From positions 13,210 to 77,209 of the forward strand of contig DYGU01000006.1 of the NCBI GenBank assembly GCA_020724525.1: 64,000 nt of DNA. Reading direction: 5' to 3'. The position numbers and the translations under genes are program-made. Shown one piece after another: positions 40,627-51,217 of the stretch; the stretch's first letter is position 1, and each line of letters opens with the position of its first letter. Source of the stretch: Dehalococcoides mccartyi. GTDB lineage: Bacteria; Chloroflexota; Dehalococcoidia; GIF9; DYGU01. Under the pieces are notes generated by a model, which was not told the DNA's origin, made no database searches, and was given only the letters and a program-made list of their open reading frames with translations.

Positions 40627-41739
40627 CTACCCCCGGCAATGGCAGCCCTTCGCCTTATTTTTTAGTGCCAGGGGGAGTCCAGCGAAACTTATGACTGTGG
40701 CAAAGAGCATTACGGCTTTAAAGCCCATTATCTGAGAAAGGAAACCACCCAGAAAGGGACCAATGCCACTACAAAAGCTGATGGTAGAGAAAAGAAGTCC
40801 GGCGCTGGTGCCGTGCTCTTCGCCACTTCGCATCAGGAGAAGGAGACAACCCACATAGAGGCATGACCAGCCGAGGGCGAGAATAACCTGGACTGGCAGT
40901 AGCTGAAGGTAGTGAGTCGACAGGGCATAGGACAGGAAGACGACACCAGACAGCACTAAGCCTAAGGAAAACATTTTAGCTTCGTGGAATTTTTCCACAT
41001 AACGCATGGCGATAAATTGCCCGAGAAAGTTGACTGTCCACAGGAGGCTAATCCACAACTTGGTAGCGCCTATGCTGACTAAGAAAAGGGGCAGGATAAT
41101 CCAGACGGCGTTGGCGCCTAAGTGGCGCAGGAAGAAGGGTAAATAAACCTTCCAGTTCCGGATAATCACTTGTCCTGGGTGAGCCAGCATTGGTTTTCTC
41201 TCTGAGCTTGATTCTTTAAGTTGTAAGGTTAGCAAAAAAGCAACCAGACACGAAAGGGAACTGAGGGTAAACAAACTGTTATATTCTTTGATAATGGCGG
41301 CGGCAGACGCACCAGCTACCCACCCCAACGAGCCATAGGAGCTGTATTTGCCAATATTACCCTCTACTTCAAAGGCATAGGCAAGCAGGACAGCCGAAGA
41401 TATCCCGAGGCAAAACCCGGTAATGCCTCTGACTATAACTAAAGTTAGGAGATTGTAAGCTAATGTCTGGAGAAAAAAGGCAATAGAGCTTAGACCGAGC
41501 CCTATTCTTATGAACTTAACCCGCCCTTTTTTATCAGACTGCCAGCTAAAGAAAAGGGAAGAGGCAAAATATGCCATCCCGTAGCTGACACCAACGATAC
41601 CCACATCAAAGCGGGAAGCTCCCAGCTCAGTGGCGAAGAGGGGAATAAAAATAATAGAGGCTTCTATAGCTGAATTTACTAATAAAGCAATAACGCCTAA
41701 AGGTAATTGCATCAGTTTTGTCATGGAATTAGAGCGCAA
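40627..41739 (-). CDS. MFS transporter
   Basis: About 12 hydrophobic segments; SDKKGR motif A-like. Confidence 0.85.
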   Translation of the reverse strand: MRSNSMTKLMQLPLGVIALLVNSAIEASIIFIPLFATELGASRFDVGIVGVSYGMAYFASSLFFSWQSDKKGRVKFIRIGLGLSSIAFFLQTLAYNLLTLVIVRGITGFCLGISSAVLLAYAFEVEGNIGKYSSYGSLGWVAGASAAAIIKEYNSLFTLSSLSCLVAFLLTLQLKESSSERKPMLAHPGQVIIRNWKVYLPFFLRHLGANAVWIILPLFLVSIGATKLWISLLWTVNFLGQFIAMRYVEKFHEAKMFSLGLVLSGVVFLSYALSTHYLQLLPVQVILALGWSCLYVGCLLLLMRSGEEHGTSAGLLFSTISFCSGIGPFLGGFLSQIMGFKAVMLFATVISFAGLPLALKNKAKGCHCRG

Positions 41740-41770
41740 TTATAACGCCTGTACTTAGGGATTACCACTG

Positions 41771-42524
41771 TTAAATAGTTACCTTGAGTCCGAATAAGTC
41801 TACAGCATTTTTAGTAGTCTGCTGGCTAACAGAAGCTTCGTCAGCTCCCTTTATGGCAGCCACAGCGGTCAAAGTCCTCACAATATTAGCGGGCTGGGAG
41901 GAATACTTTGTCTCCCTACCACAAACAACGGGACAATCTGATTCCGGAAGTAGCCTGTTTAAGGGTACTTCTTTAATGGCTCGGCGGTGCTCCTGGTGGT
42001 ACTCTGCTGCTGGAGTAGCCGAAATAAAGTAGCCAGTGCTGAGAATGTCTTTGAGAACACTGGAGAAGCCGGTAAACCAGTGGAAAACAGCTTTTTCCAC
42101 CCTTGTCTGAGCAGTTACTTCATAGGCGTCCTGCCACGCGTAACGACTATGGATTATCACCGGTTTTTGATAAAGTTTAGCTAAGGTAAGGAGACGGTGA
42201 AAGACTTCCTTCTGGGGTTCTTTAGGGGTGGTTTTAATTACTCTTTTATCATAGTCCAGACCAATTTCACCGATAGCCACAATGTCAAAAATCTTGACTT
42301 CAATAAAGTGGAGATTAGCCTCAATTTAGGAAGGGGTGAAGACCTAAGGAAGGGTAAACAAATTCGGGATAGCTCTGGCAGATTTCCAGGGTTTTCAGAT
42401 TTGACGAGTAATCCGAGCCAACAGCAATAATAGCCACCACACCTATCTCCTTAGCTCTGTCCACAGCTGAAGACAGATTTTCCAGCTCATCCAGGTGAGT
42501 ATGAGTGTCGATAAGGCAATACAA
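41771..42524 (-). pseudogene. tatD: TatD-family hydrolase, frameshifted after GLHP
   Basis: IDTHTHLD...GLHP, shift near 42325, then VAIGEIGLDY, IIHSR, VFHWF, ESDCP. Confidence 0.85.
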
Positions 42525-42534
42525 ATTATTTCCT

Positions 42535-43157
42535 TTAGGAACCAATGTGCCCGAAGATAGTCTGGCAGATAACGGTCTCAAGCCCCGTTTCTTTCAGAAT
42601 CTGGTGAACCATTTTCATCTCAGAGTAAGTGGGATGGGGGATACGGCTCCTGAATTCAGGTCGGTAATCAAGAAGGCAAACCTGAACTTTAGAGTCAAGT
42701 TCACAGATTCTTTCTGCCCCACGAACCCTTGGACAATTCTTTTTGGAATATACTCCTTGGGCAATTCAGTTTTGATTTTCATCCCCTCTCTTACTGGGGT
42801 GATACAAGCTGGTCTTACTTGGTTATCAATTTCTATAGCGCAACTCCAGCAACCACCAACTTGGCATGGAGCGAAAAAGTCCGGCTTGTTCGGAGCCTCT
42901 GAGATAGCCCACCCCGCTTCTATCAGGGCTTCTTTGACACTGATGCGTTCCGGCACCCTTATACTTTGACCATCAATCTCAATAGTCACTTCTCTATCTC
43001 TGGGCTCCTCAATCATGTCTATGGCTTGGTTAGGGCAAGCTAAGGCGCAGGCACCACAGCCAATACAGCCATTTTCTTTGCCCGAGCAAGCTACTATTTC
43101 CCGGCAAGTACCACAGTCAAGACATTTTTTTAACTTATACTCAGCTATATAAGACAC
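42535..43157 (-). pseudogene. Ferredoxin/2Fe-2S-fused (radical SAM-type) gene with internal deletion and frameshift
   Basis: CLDCGTC, CIGCGACALACP, CQVGGCWSC..AC; tail RPEFR...EM...GLETVICQT..GHIGS in another frame; no CxxxCxxC left. Confidence 0.6.
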
Positions 43158-43220
43158 AAAATTCCTCCTCCTTTAGATTACTTTACTACTATTATCGCTG
43201 TAAAATTAGAACTGAAAAGT

Positions 43221-43868
43221 ATGGAAAAGAGAAACAAAATTGAAAAGCTTGTTAGTCTCTTTCCTCTTTATTCCGAGGAATTAGGCATAGACCTAATCCA
43301 ACCCCGGGGCAGGTTTAAGTGGTTTTTGGCATCTATCCTTTTCGGGGCTCGAATTAGTGAGCAGATTGCGGCTAATACTTATGGCTGCTTTAAAAACTCA
43401 GGGTTAGATACACCAGACAAAATATTAGCTGCCGGCTGGGACAGGTTAGTGGAAATTCTTGATTCCGGGGGTTATGTCCGCTACGACTTTTCTACAGCTA
43501 CAAAGCTACTGGGGATAATGACCGATTTGAAGGCAAGATATGGCTCATTAGAAGAACTTTACCATCAATCCTCAGGCTCACCAGATTTGATAAGGCGCCT
43601 TCAGGAATTCAAGGGTGTTGGTCCAACGACAACCCAAATTTTCCTCAGGGAATTACGGGGTATCTGGGGAATAGAATGTCCAGTGTCAACTATAGCTAAA
43701 GATGTAGCCGTGAAATTAAACATAAATTTAGATGACTTTAAGGGAAGTGAACTGGCTCGAGTAGAAACAGCCCTGGTCAAGCTCAGTCTGAGATACTGCA
43801 AAAGGCAAAAGTGCCACGAGTGCGGCATGAATGAATTTTGTTTAACCAAGAAAAACAAAAACTATTAG
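43221..43868 (+). CDS. HhH-GPD superfamily protein with C-terminal 4-Cys cluster
   Basis: FKWFLASILFG, HhH FKGVGPTT, CKRQKCHECGMNEFC. Confidence 0.8.
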   Translation: MEKRNKIEKLVSLFPLYSEELGIDLIQPRGRFKWFLASILFGARISEQIAANTYGCFKNSGLDTPDKILAAGWDRLVEILDSGGYVRYDFSTATKLLGIMTDLKARYGSLEELYHQSSGSPDLIRRLQEFKGVGPTTTQIFLRELRGIWGIECPVSTIAKDVAVKLNINLDDFKGSELARVETALVKLSLRYCKRQKCHECGMNEFCLTKKNKNY

Positions 43869-44008
43869 CCGTTAGGTATTACTTAAAGCCTGTGCCGGCA
43901 TGTTACGGGATGTTTTCTCGGCACAACGATTTGACGAAGTGTGCAATTGCGGAGCTTTTCTTAAACGATGGCTAACCAGCACACTAACTTTAAGTCTTCT
44001 TTACGTAG

Positions 44009-44670
44009 CTACTCAGCAGGACTCGGGGGCCGGTGGCAGTACTTCCCACTTCCTCCTGAAATCGAAGGATGCCTCCGGGTGTGTAGTAATAGGGCATAAA
44101 CCATTCCGGGGGTGAAGCTTGGGATAATTTTAGTGCTTGAAGCACCTTTTCGTAAATAGTCTGTGGGGTGGTATCGGAAATAGTCGAGGCTGAGCCAGTT
44201 AAGGACTATGATATCGTTCTCTGTTGGGGCATGACGGTTTATCAGGAGATAAAAATAGTATGGCTTTAGCCAGAAGGGCCACACGAGACGACCAGGAGAA
44301 GGCTTCCGCTCTCGGCTCCACTCAATAGCCATGAAGACGAGATAACTATAGTCCTTTGTGAAGATGAAAAGATAATACCCGGGATGTCTGCGAGCAAAGG
44401 ATATAGCAATATGTCGACACGGATAAACAGTTAGTTCTTTTATTTGAACTAAATGGACTTGAGAAGGCGAGGGACTGAGGTAGTGGCTTATAAGCCACCA
44501 AGTCACGATTTATCTCGCCAGGCACGATAGAATTCCAAAGTCGGTAGCCTCATAGCGTACGAGGTTTGTTCTGTATCCCAGTTCGTTCTGAAAAACTGGA
44601 CAAGAGCATCCTTATCTTTGAGACCCAAGGTAATTCGAGTTAATTGCGAGCGATACGCAACCTGCTTACC
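44009..44670 (-). pseudogene. Fragmented gene of unknown function
   Basis: Overlapping ORF pieces 44503-44694 and 44009-44506 with protein-like composition; no recognised motif. Confidence 0.3.
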
Positions 44671-44929
44671 CATAAATTTCTCTTCGGTGTCCAATAAGGT
44701 GAATCAGAAGAAGTTTCAGATCCTGGTTAGTAGAGTAGATGACCCGATAATCCCTGATGCGAAGCTTATAATAACCTTTAAATTCAGCAGAAAGAGGCTT
44801 TGGAGTAATGCTTTCAAAGTTTTCTAAAAGCCATTTTATTTTACCGAAGATGCGTTCCCTCACCGTTGAATCCAGCCTTGTCAGGTCGGCTTCAGCCTCG
44901 GCAAGGAACTCTACCTGGTACCCCGTCAC
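44666..44929 (-). CDS. RelE/ParE-family toxin
   Basis: YQVEF...A..DL..LD, YKLRIRDYRVIY, IGHRREIY; GTG overlaps the antitoxin stop. Confidence 0.88.
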   Translation of the reverse strand: MTGYQVEFLAEAEADLTRLDSTVRERIFGKIKWLLENFESITPKPLSAEFKGYYKLRIRDYRVIYSTNQDLKLLLIHLIGHRREIYG

Positions 44930-45129
44930 TAGACCAGTCCTAACCTTTTGCCGATTTCTGAAGCTGGGATGCCCCTCTCCACTCCTGAGGTCTTCCTGAG
45001 CCTTTCTTTGATTTCTTCCTTTAGCTCCATGCCCCAATCCGGATCCCCCAGAAGTTCCTCAAGCTTTTGTTCAACTATCTGGGTAATAAGGTGCTTAAGT
45101 TCTTCTACCGACATTTCTGAGACTTTCAT
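44929..45129 (-). CDS. Cognate antitoxin of the RelE toxin
   Basis: 66-aa protein (LGDPDWGMELKEE) directly upstream of, and coupled to, the toxin. Confidence 0.8.
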   Translation of the reverse strand: MKVSEMSVEELKHLITQIVEQKLEELLGDPDWGMELKEEIKERLRKTSGVERGIPASEIGKRLGLV

Positions 45130-45149
45130 AAGATTTGCCTCCCCAAATA

Positions 45150-45280
45150 TTATACACTTTTTGCCTTAGCCAAGCGGTTCTTCACCAGCTCTACCACCGC
45201 CTGGTAGACTTGAAGTTGCTCCTCTTCGGTAAGCCCCAAAGCTTCAAAGACAACTTTATCCAGCTGCCTCCGGTCTGACA
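45150..45280 (-). pseudogene. C-terminal remnant of a large DNA methyltransferase / type IIG R-M protein
   Basis: DRRQLDKVVFEALGLTEEEQLQVYQAVVELVKNRLAKAKSV resembles the typical C-terminus of such enzymes. Confidence 0.55.
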
Positions 45281-45414
45281 ACACAATGCACAAGCAAGAA
45301 AACTGAACGAAGTAGCGGAGTGTTCGGGGTGGGGAAGATGTAGGCATAGTTTTGTCTTCAGGAATAGATTAGAGTTGAGAGGGACGTTATACTTTTTAGT
45401 GGGAAAGGTGAAGA

Positions 45415-45490
45415 ACGTATGAATGAGGTATAATGGTTAATAGATGTTTACTTTGACGGCAAATTCTGGTGCGCCCGCAGCATTGAGGTA
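45415..45490 (+). pseudogene. Degenerate copy of the hicB promoter and 5' region
   Basis: GTATGAATGAGGTATAATGGTT..ATAGATGTTTACTTTGACGGCAAATTCTGGTG aligns with 47596-47695, with the RBS/ATG deleted. Confidence 0.7.
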
Positions 45491-45512
45491 ATGTGTGATA
45501 GGGAGACATATT

Positions 45513-45868
45513 ATGGACTTGAAACAGGTCAATTATTCTTTTCATTGCTCGGAGAAGTTGAAGTCTAATTTTTTTCTGGTAGCTGGTGTAATGGACAGGC
45601 TGGTCAGTCTGGAGGGGGAGAGGTGGCAAGGGGGAAAAGAAGTGGCTCGGAGTGTCCTGGGGCGTTAAGGAGGGAGTTGAATTTGAGTAAGCAGCAATTG
45701 CCGGTGGAAGAAGTCGGTTTCATTGAGGGTAAAGTGATGGAAGCTTCAGGGGAAATGGAGTTGCGGAATTATGACGAAGCGAGGGAGAGATTAGCTGAGG
45801 CTCTATCTCGTATTACTACCCTCAGTGATAGATATATGCAGACGCTGAGAGAAAATGGCTGGATTTAA
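45513..45868 (+). pseudogene. Hypothetical helical protein, frameshifted in a G run near 45660
   Basis: MDLKQVNYSFHCSEKLKS...VARSVLG joins ALRRELNLSKQ if one G is added. Confidence 0.55.
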
Positions 45869-45869
45869 C

Positions 45870-46523
45870 CTCTTGGCAATATAACCTTTAATGTCTTCAG
45901 GCTTTATCATACCCAGTTCGGTGATTCTTCCGGTTATGAGCTGGGGTGGGATTTGGTCAAAGCCGGGTTCTAATTCGGGGGATTTACCCTGGTAGCTCTG
46001 AGTATTTAGTTTAGCTGTTTCACAGAGGCAGTAGACAGGGATGGAAGCCCTTCTGGCGGCTGAGGCGAGGATATAAGTGGGGATGCCGTTAATAATAGAG
46101 CCATCACTGAGGATGCTATCGGCACCAACCAGGACTCTGGTTGTTTGAAGATATGTTTTCCTATATAGTTATCTTCGATGAGTTCAGAGCTGATAGTGTG
46201 CCGGACTAATTCTTCAGTAGTTAATTTGCCGTAGACTATGCCTTGGGAGACCTGGACTGGGCAACAATAACCTGGAATTCTTTACCTTCCTGTTTGGCTA
46301 TCTAGAGAGCCTGGCAGACGGGGGAACTGTAGCTGCAGGTCATTAGAATGTCGGATGGCTGGACAATGCTGGCACCGTGTTGAGCTACTTTCAGATGAGC
46401 TTCTGTTGATGAGTTAATAATCTCTTTGCCTTTAGTCTGGGCGAAGACTTTCAGGGAATTAAGGTCAGGCGACTCTTGGGAATAGGTGATAGCCTTGATT
46501 CTTGTGGTGATTTTGTGGTTCAT
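45870..46523 (-). pseudogene. eIF-2B / ribose-1,5-bisphosphate isomerase-family gene, degraded
   Basis: MTCSYSS, TAG at 46302, VLVGADSILSDGSIING, GFDQIPP.LITG. Confidence 0.75.
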
Positions 46524-46530
46524 AAGGTGG

Positions 46531-47508
46531 CTAAATGTGAAATTCGATAATGTCACCGTCCTGGAGGATATGGTCTCTTTTAGCTCTTTGTCCGTCAAAC
46601 TTGCCTGAGCCCCAGACAAGGGCATATTTTAATTTAGCTTTGAAATCCTTATGAATAGCCTCAGCGGCATCTTCAACAACACTGTCTTTCTTTAGAACTA
46701 TGGGCTCGGTTAAGTCTGGTTTCCCGCCGGGGGTTTTAGTATAGACGCGGATAATGTCCAAGGCTTTGTAGACCTCTCTTTTAAACTCTTCCAAGCCAGC
46801 ACCATTTTGGGCAGCAATAGGGATGAGGGGGAATTGCTTCTGATAACGCTCGGTCAGTTTCGTCCAGTTCCGGCTGGAATTGTCCAGGTCGCTTTTATTA
46901 CCTACAATTACGGCTTTTTTCCAGTATCTCACTTGAGACTCGCCATCCTCACTGCCGATAAGCCCTATGCCGAGTTTTCTTAGTTCTCGGGTGACAACTT
47001 CCACCTGAGTAATAGGCTCGAGGCTTAAGTCTATCAGAATAGCGAGAAGGTCAGCATTTCTAAGGAGGTTGGTGAGCCATAAAGGCGGTCCTCGGTCGGT
47101 GATGGGTGGGGTATCAACGAGCTGTATTTGAATATTTTCAAAGTCCATCATTCCGGGATTAGGCATCTTGGTGGTAAAGGGATAGTCAGCTATTTCTGGA
47201 GAGGCTTCGGTGACCGCTGCCAGAAGCTGGGACTTTCCCACATTTGGTAAGCCAATAATTACTATCTGCCCGGCGCCTTCCTTCTTGATATGGTGGATAC
47301 CCCGTCTGCCCGGGGCAGCCTTTTTTTCGGCTTCTTCAGAGAATTTGGCAATTTTTCGCCTGAGTTCGGCACGGAGTTTGTCGGTGCCTTTGTGTTTGGG
47401 CATGATGGCCAGCATTGCCTCTAAGGCTTCGATTTTTTCCTCAGGACTTTTGGCGATTCGGAAGCGCTTTTCGGCTTCAAAATATTGTGGTGGTAGATTT
47501 GCTGGCAT
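46531..47508 (-). CDS. DRG/Obg-family GTPase with TGS domain
   Basis: [36 protein letters not shown] domain. Confidence 0.92.
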   Translation of the reverse strand: MPANLPPQYFEAEKRFRIAKSPEEKIEALEAMLAIMPKHKGTDKLRAELRRKIAKFSEEAEKKAAPGRRGIHHIKKEGAGQIVIIGLPNVGKSQLLAAVTEASPEIADYPFTTKMPNPGMMDFENIQIQLVDTPPITDRGPPLWLTNLLRNADLLAILIDLSLEPITQVEVVTRELRKLGIGLIGSEDGESQVRYWKKAVIVGNKSDLDNSSRNWTKLTERYQKQFPLIPIAAQNGAGLEEFKREVYKALDIIRVYTKTPGGKPDLTEPIVLKKDSVVEDAAEAIHKDFKAKLKYALVWGSGKFDGQRAKRDHILQDGDIIEFHI

Positions 47509-47635
47509 AGGTAAATATTTTAGCACAAATTTGATTTAGGATTGCCACACTGGCACGGATGTGTGAGCTGATCAGAATAGGCTACCTAAGGCTAAGAATG
47601 TATGAATAAGGTATAATGGTTTAAGGAGGTTAGCT

Positions 47636-47848
47636 ATGCTGGTTAAGATAGAGGTTTACTTTGATGGTGAATTCTGGTGTGGTCGTGGCATAGGCGAAGA
47701 TATCTTTACCCAAGGCAAAAGTTTAGATGAATTACATGAGAACATCAAAGAAGCAGTAGCTGTCCATTATGGAGAACTGGACGAGCCTATTACCATCCTT
47801 ACGCTATCTGAGGTGAAACTGACCGGTGCCAAAGCTACCTCAGGTTAG
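47636..47848 (+). CDS. hicB: HicB-family antitoxin
   Basis: IFTQGKSLDELHENIKEAV. Confidence 0.85.
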   Translation: MLVKIEVYFDGEFWCGRGIGEDIFTQGKSLDELHENIKEAVAVHYGELDEPITILTLSEVKLTGAKATSG

Positions 47849-48068
47849 TGGCGAAGATGTCATCAGGCTTCTTCAAACCCTGGGCTATGAGGTCGTAAGA
47901 CAACGAGGAAGCCATGTAAGGCTGCGAAAGATTACACTTCCGGGTGAGCATAACATCACTGTTCCTGTCCATAAAGTGCTGGCTAAAGGAACGTTAAGTG
48001 ATATTCTTGGTAAGGTAGCTTTGTGGAACAACATTACCAAAGAAGAGCTTATTAGGAAGCTGAGGTAA
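47826..48068 (+). CDS. hicA: HicA-family toxin
   Basis: RQRGSHVRL, ITVPVHK.L.KGTL..IL. Confidence 0.9.
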   Translation: MPKLPQVSGEDVIRLLQTLGYEVVRQRGSHVRLRKITLPGEHNITVPVHKVLAKGTLSDILGKVALWNNITKEELIRKLR

Positions 48069-48124
48069 TGTGGTTGGAGGCGTATTTGGTCACACAAATA
48101 CCATAGCGCCCGAATTTGTGAACA

Positions 48125-48153
48125 TTGACTTTCACCCTGTTATCTGGTAATTT
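48125..48153 (+). promoter_or_regulatory. Sigma-70 promoter upstream of cobalamin riboswitch 1
   Basis: TTGACT-17 nt-TAATTT. Confidence 0.5.
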
Positions 48154-48170
48154 AGCCACAAAGTAAATAA

Positions 48171-48308
48171 TGTTGTTGGGGTGCCCGAGGGTGACTGAGG
48201 GCTTAATTTGGTAGCAAGCCGGTGGGATTCCGGCGCAGTTCCGCTTGCTGTAACAGCCAGAACGCCAGCCCCGATAAACAAGACTGCCTCCGCGGAGTAA
48301 GGGGGTAG
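48171..48308 (+). ncRNA. Cobalamin riboswitch 1 (short variant)
   Basis: CCGGTGGGATTCCGG, GCAG..CCGC..CTGT, GCCAGAACGCCAGCC B12-box-like, CCGCGG loop; upstream of btuC; near-duplicate of 57150. Confidence 0.8.
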
Positions 48309-48330
48309 AGCTTATTTTTAAAAAGGCTCT

Positions 48331-48365
48331 TAAATCTCCTTGTTCCAAGGACAAGGAGATTTTTG
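48331..48365 (+). terminator. Riboswitch-associated intrinsic terminator
   Basis: AAATCTCCTTGT-TCCAAGG-ACAAGGAGATTTTT. Confidence 0.75.
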
Positions 48366-48381
48366 TTTAGTAATCGCCAAA

Positions 48382-49464
48382 ATGGCATTAAGCTTGTTCA
48401 AAAGTCTGATGATACCCAAAACCGCTTCGGTTTACCCCCTTAAGTGGCGAAATCGTCTCTATGCCTTAGTTGCTCTGGTATTTCTATCTGTTATCATCAT
48501 AGTCTTAGCTTCCAGTATAGGTAGCACCCAAGTTCCCTTCTCCACTGTCTGGGGCATTTTGCTTGACAGATTACCTTTGGTGAATCTAAACCCTGCCCGG
48601 GAGTCAGTTACAGAAACCATAGTGGCTGATATCCGTCTGCCCAGGGTAATTCTGGCAAGCCTTGTTGGCGCGGCTTTAGCTGTAGCTGGAGCTACCTATC
48701 AAGGATTATTTCGTAATCCTCTGGCTGACCCTTATCTTATCGGGGTAGCCCAGGGAGCCGCCCTGGGAGCTACTATCGGCTTTTTATTACCCTTGAGGGT
48801 AACCAGCTTAGAAGTTGTTCCGGTGTTTGCCTTCTGCGGCGCTCTTCTTGCCGTGGCTATTGTCTACAGCATTGCTCGGGTGGGCAAGACTTTACCCATC
48901 ACTACCCTTATTTTAGCTGGCGTGGCTCTGGGGGCTTTTTTAGCCTCCATTACTTCCTACCTGATAATCGCTTCAGGCGATAGACTACACGGCATAATCT
49001 CCTGGCTTTTGGGCAGGTTCTCTTTGAGCAACTGGGGGCAAGTAACAGCAGTAACACCTTATATTTTAATGGGTGTAGCCGTCATCTGGCTTTATGCTCG
49101 ACCTTTGAATATTATACAACTTGACGAAGAGCAAGCCCAGCAATTAGGAATAGATGTAGAAAGGGTCAAACTAATGTTACTGGTGGCAGCTACTTTGATT
49201 ACGGCTGCCGCGGTGTCTTTCTGTGGTACCATTGGCTTTGTCGGTATCATTGTGCCCCATGCCATTCGCCTCCTCTGGGGACCTGACTATCGCTTTCTAT
49301 TACCTCTATCTACCTTCGCCGGAGCTATCCTTCTGGTATTAGCCGATACCACAGCTCGAACTATCCTGGCACCGGCTGAGATTCCGGTAGGAGTGATTAC
49401 CGCTTTTTTAGGTGCTCCCTTCTTTCTCTACCTCCTGCGACAAAAGAAACGAGCTATATTTTAG
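48382..49464 (+). CDS. btuC: Cobalamin ABC transporter permease
   Basis: RLPRV, FRNPLADPY, IGFVG..VPH, EIPVG..T...GAPFF; start uncertain. Confidence 0.88.
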   Translation: MALSLFKSLMIPKTASVYPLKWRNRLYALVALVFLSVIIIVLASSIGSTQVPFSTVWGILLDRLPLVNLNPARESVTETIVADIRLPRVILASLVGAALAVAGATYQGLFRNPLADPYLIGVAQGAALGATIGFLLPLRVTSLEVVPVFAFCGALLAVAIVYSIARVGKTLPITTLILAGVALGAFLASITSYLIIASGDRLHGIISWLLGRFSLSNWGQVTAVTPYILMGVAVIWLYARPLNIIQLDEEQAQQLGIDVERVKLMLLVAATLITAAAVSFCGTIGFVGIIVPHAIRLLWGPDYRFLLPLSTFAGAILLVLADTTARTILAPAEIPVGVITAFLGAPFFLYLLRQKKRAIF

Positions 49465-49476
49465 AAAGGACTGTAG

Positions 49477-50295
49477 TTGTTTAACCTGAGATTAGACAAA
49501 ATTAGCCTTGGCTACGGCGACCGGACAGTGCTAAAAAATATTAGCTTAGAAGTTGAGCCCAGGCAGATGGTAGGTATTATTGGTCCCAACGGCTGTGGTA
49601 AGTCCACCCTGATTAAAGGGATAACCCGCTTGATATCCTGGCGCTCTGGAAACATATTTGCTGATGGTAAGAGCATTGCCAGGCTAAGCCGTAGCGATTT
49701 AGCCCGGCTTATAGCCGTAGTCCCTCAGAATGCTTTTCTGCCTGACTTATTTACCGCTTTTGAGGTAGTCTTAATGGGGCGAACGCCTCACCTCGGTTAT
49801 TTCCGCTATGAGAGCCATAAGGATATAACCATTACCAAAAGAGCTATGGAGGTTACTCAGACTATTGCCTTAGCTGAAAGAAGGATTGGTGAACTTTCTG
49901 GTGGCGAGAAACAGCGAGTCACCATTGCCCGGGCTTTAGCTCAAGAGCCAAAAGTTATTCTCCTTGATGAACCCACAGCCCATCTGGATATCAACTACCA
50001 GATAGAAATCCTTGACCTTGTTCGCAACCTATGCCAGGAGCGAGGACTGGTAACAATAATTGCTCTCCATGACCTTAATCTGGCTGCCCAATATTGTGGC
50101 CGCCTGATTCTGCTTCATAAAGGTAGGGTCTATCGTCAGGGTACCCCCCAAGAAGTAATTGATGCTCAAACCATTAAAGAGGTCTATGGAGCCCAGGTCA
50201 TGGTTTGTCCCCATCCCATTAATGAATTGCCAGCTACTTTTGTTGTGCCCGGGGGTCTGACAAGGACTAAAGAAGAAGTTAAGCCGATTGGATAA
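49477..50295 (+). CDS. btuD: Cobalamin ABC transporter ATPase
   Basis: GPNGCGKST, LSGGEKQR, LLDEPT, HDLNLA. Confidence 0.88.
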   Translation: MFNLRLDKISLGYGDRTVLKNISLEVEPRQMVGIIGPNGCGKSTLIKGITRLISWRSGNIFADGKSIARLSRSDLARLIAVVPQNAFLPDLFTAFEVVLMGRTPHLGYFRYESHKDITITKRAMEVTQTIALAERRIGELSGGEKQRVTIARALAQEPKVILLDEPTAHLDINYQIEILDLVRNLCQERGLVTIIALHDLNLAAQYCGRLILLHKGRVYRQGTPQEVIDAQTIKEVYGAQVMVCPHPINELPATFVVPGGLTRTKEEVKPIG

Positions 50296-51217
50296 TGCCT
50301 TAATTGTTCTTATCGCCTTGGTCATTGATATTAGCTTTGGCGAGCCACCCAACCGATGGCATCCAGTAGCCAGGCTGGGAAAGGCTATCTCATTAGAAAT
50401 GAAGCGGGCTCCGAAAGGGTCTAAAGCTCAATTAATCTATGGGATAGGCATGGTGATGATAACTTTAGTGGTCATTCTGGTACCAGTCTATTTTCTCCTT
50501 GTTTATCTGAAGCAAATGAGTTCAATAGCTTATGTTCTAATTGCGGCTATTCTGTTGAAGTTTACCTTCTCGTTTCGGGGGTTAGGACAGGCTGCACTAT
50601 ATGTCCGAAAACTATTGGCTCATGATAATCTGGAGCAAGCCCGAAGCCATTTATGCTCTTTGGTCAGTCGGGATACTACCTTTCTCAATAAGCAGCAAGT
50701 AGTATCAGCTACGGTGGAGTCAGTAGCTGAGAATACTTGTGATAGTTTTGTAGCTCCCCTTTTTTATTTCGTTTTCTTTGGCATTCCCGGAGCTGTGGCC
50801 TACCGTATAGTCAATACTTTTGATGCTATGATAGGTTATCACGGAAAATGGGAATATTTAGGGAAGTTTGCTGCTAAACTTGATGATCTCCTGAACTTTA
50901 TACCTGCTCGTTTAGCTGCCTCATATATAGTTATGTCTACCTGGGTGCAAGGTAATAACGCCTCACGAGCCTGGCGGATTATGTGGCGTGACCATGAGTT
51001 AACGGAAAGCCCTAATGCTGGTTGGACGATGGGTGCTGCTGCCGGCGCTTTGGCTGTCCAGCTGGAGAAGTTAGGATACTATCGTCTGGGTGATGACCAT
51101 AATCCCCTGACGGAGGAGACAATAGATTTCTCCCTCCATATTCTAACACTAGTGACTATTATGTGGAGCCTAACATGTTTATTAGCGGAGGTGGTACCGC
51201 TTGTCCTCGCCCCTTAA
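50288..51217 (+). CDS. cbiB: Adenosylcobinamide-phosphate synthase
   Basis: HPV, VSRDT, ESVAEN, NTFDAMIGY, SPNAG. Confidence 0.95.
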   Translation: MDNALIVLIALVIDISFGEPPNRWHPVARLGKAISLEMKRAPKGSKAQLIYGIGMVMITLVVILVPVYFLLVYLKQMSSIAYVLIAAILLKFTFSFRGLGQAALYVRKLLAHDNLEQARSHLCSLVSRDTTFLNKQQVVSATVESVAENTCDSFVAPLFYFVFFGIPGAVAYRIVNTFDAMIGYHGKWEYLGKFAAKLDDLLNFIPARLAASYIVMSTWVQGNNASRAWRIMWRDHELTESPNAGWTMGAAAGALAVQLEKLGYYRLGDDHNPLTEETIDFSLHILTLVTIMWSLTCLLAEVVPLVLAP

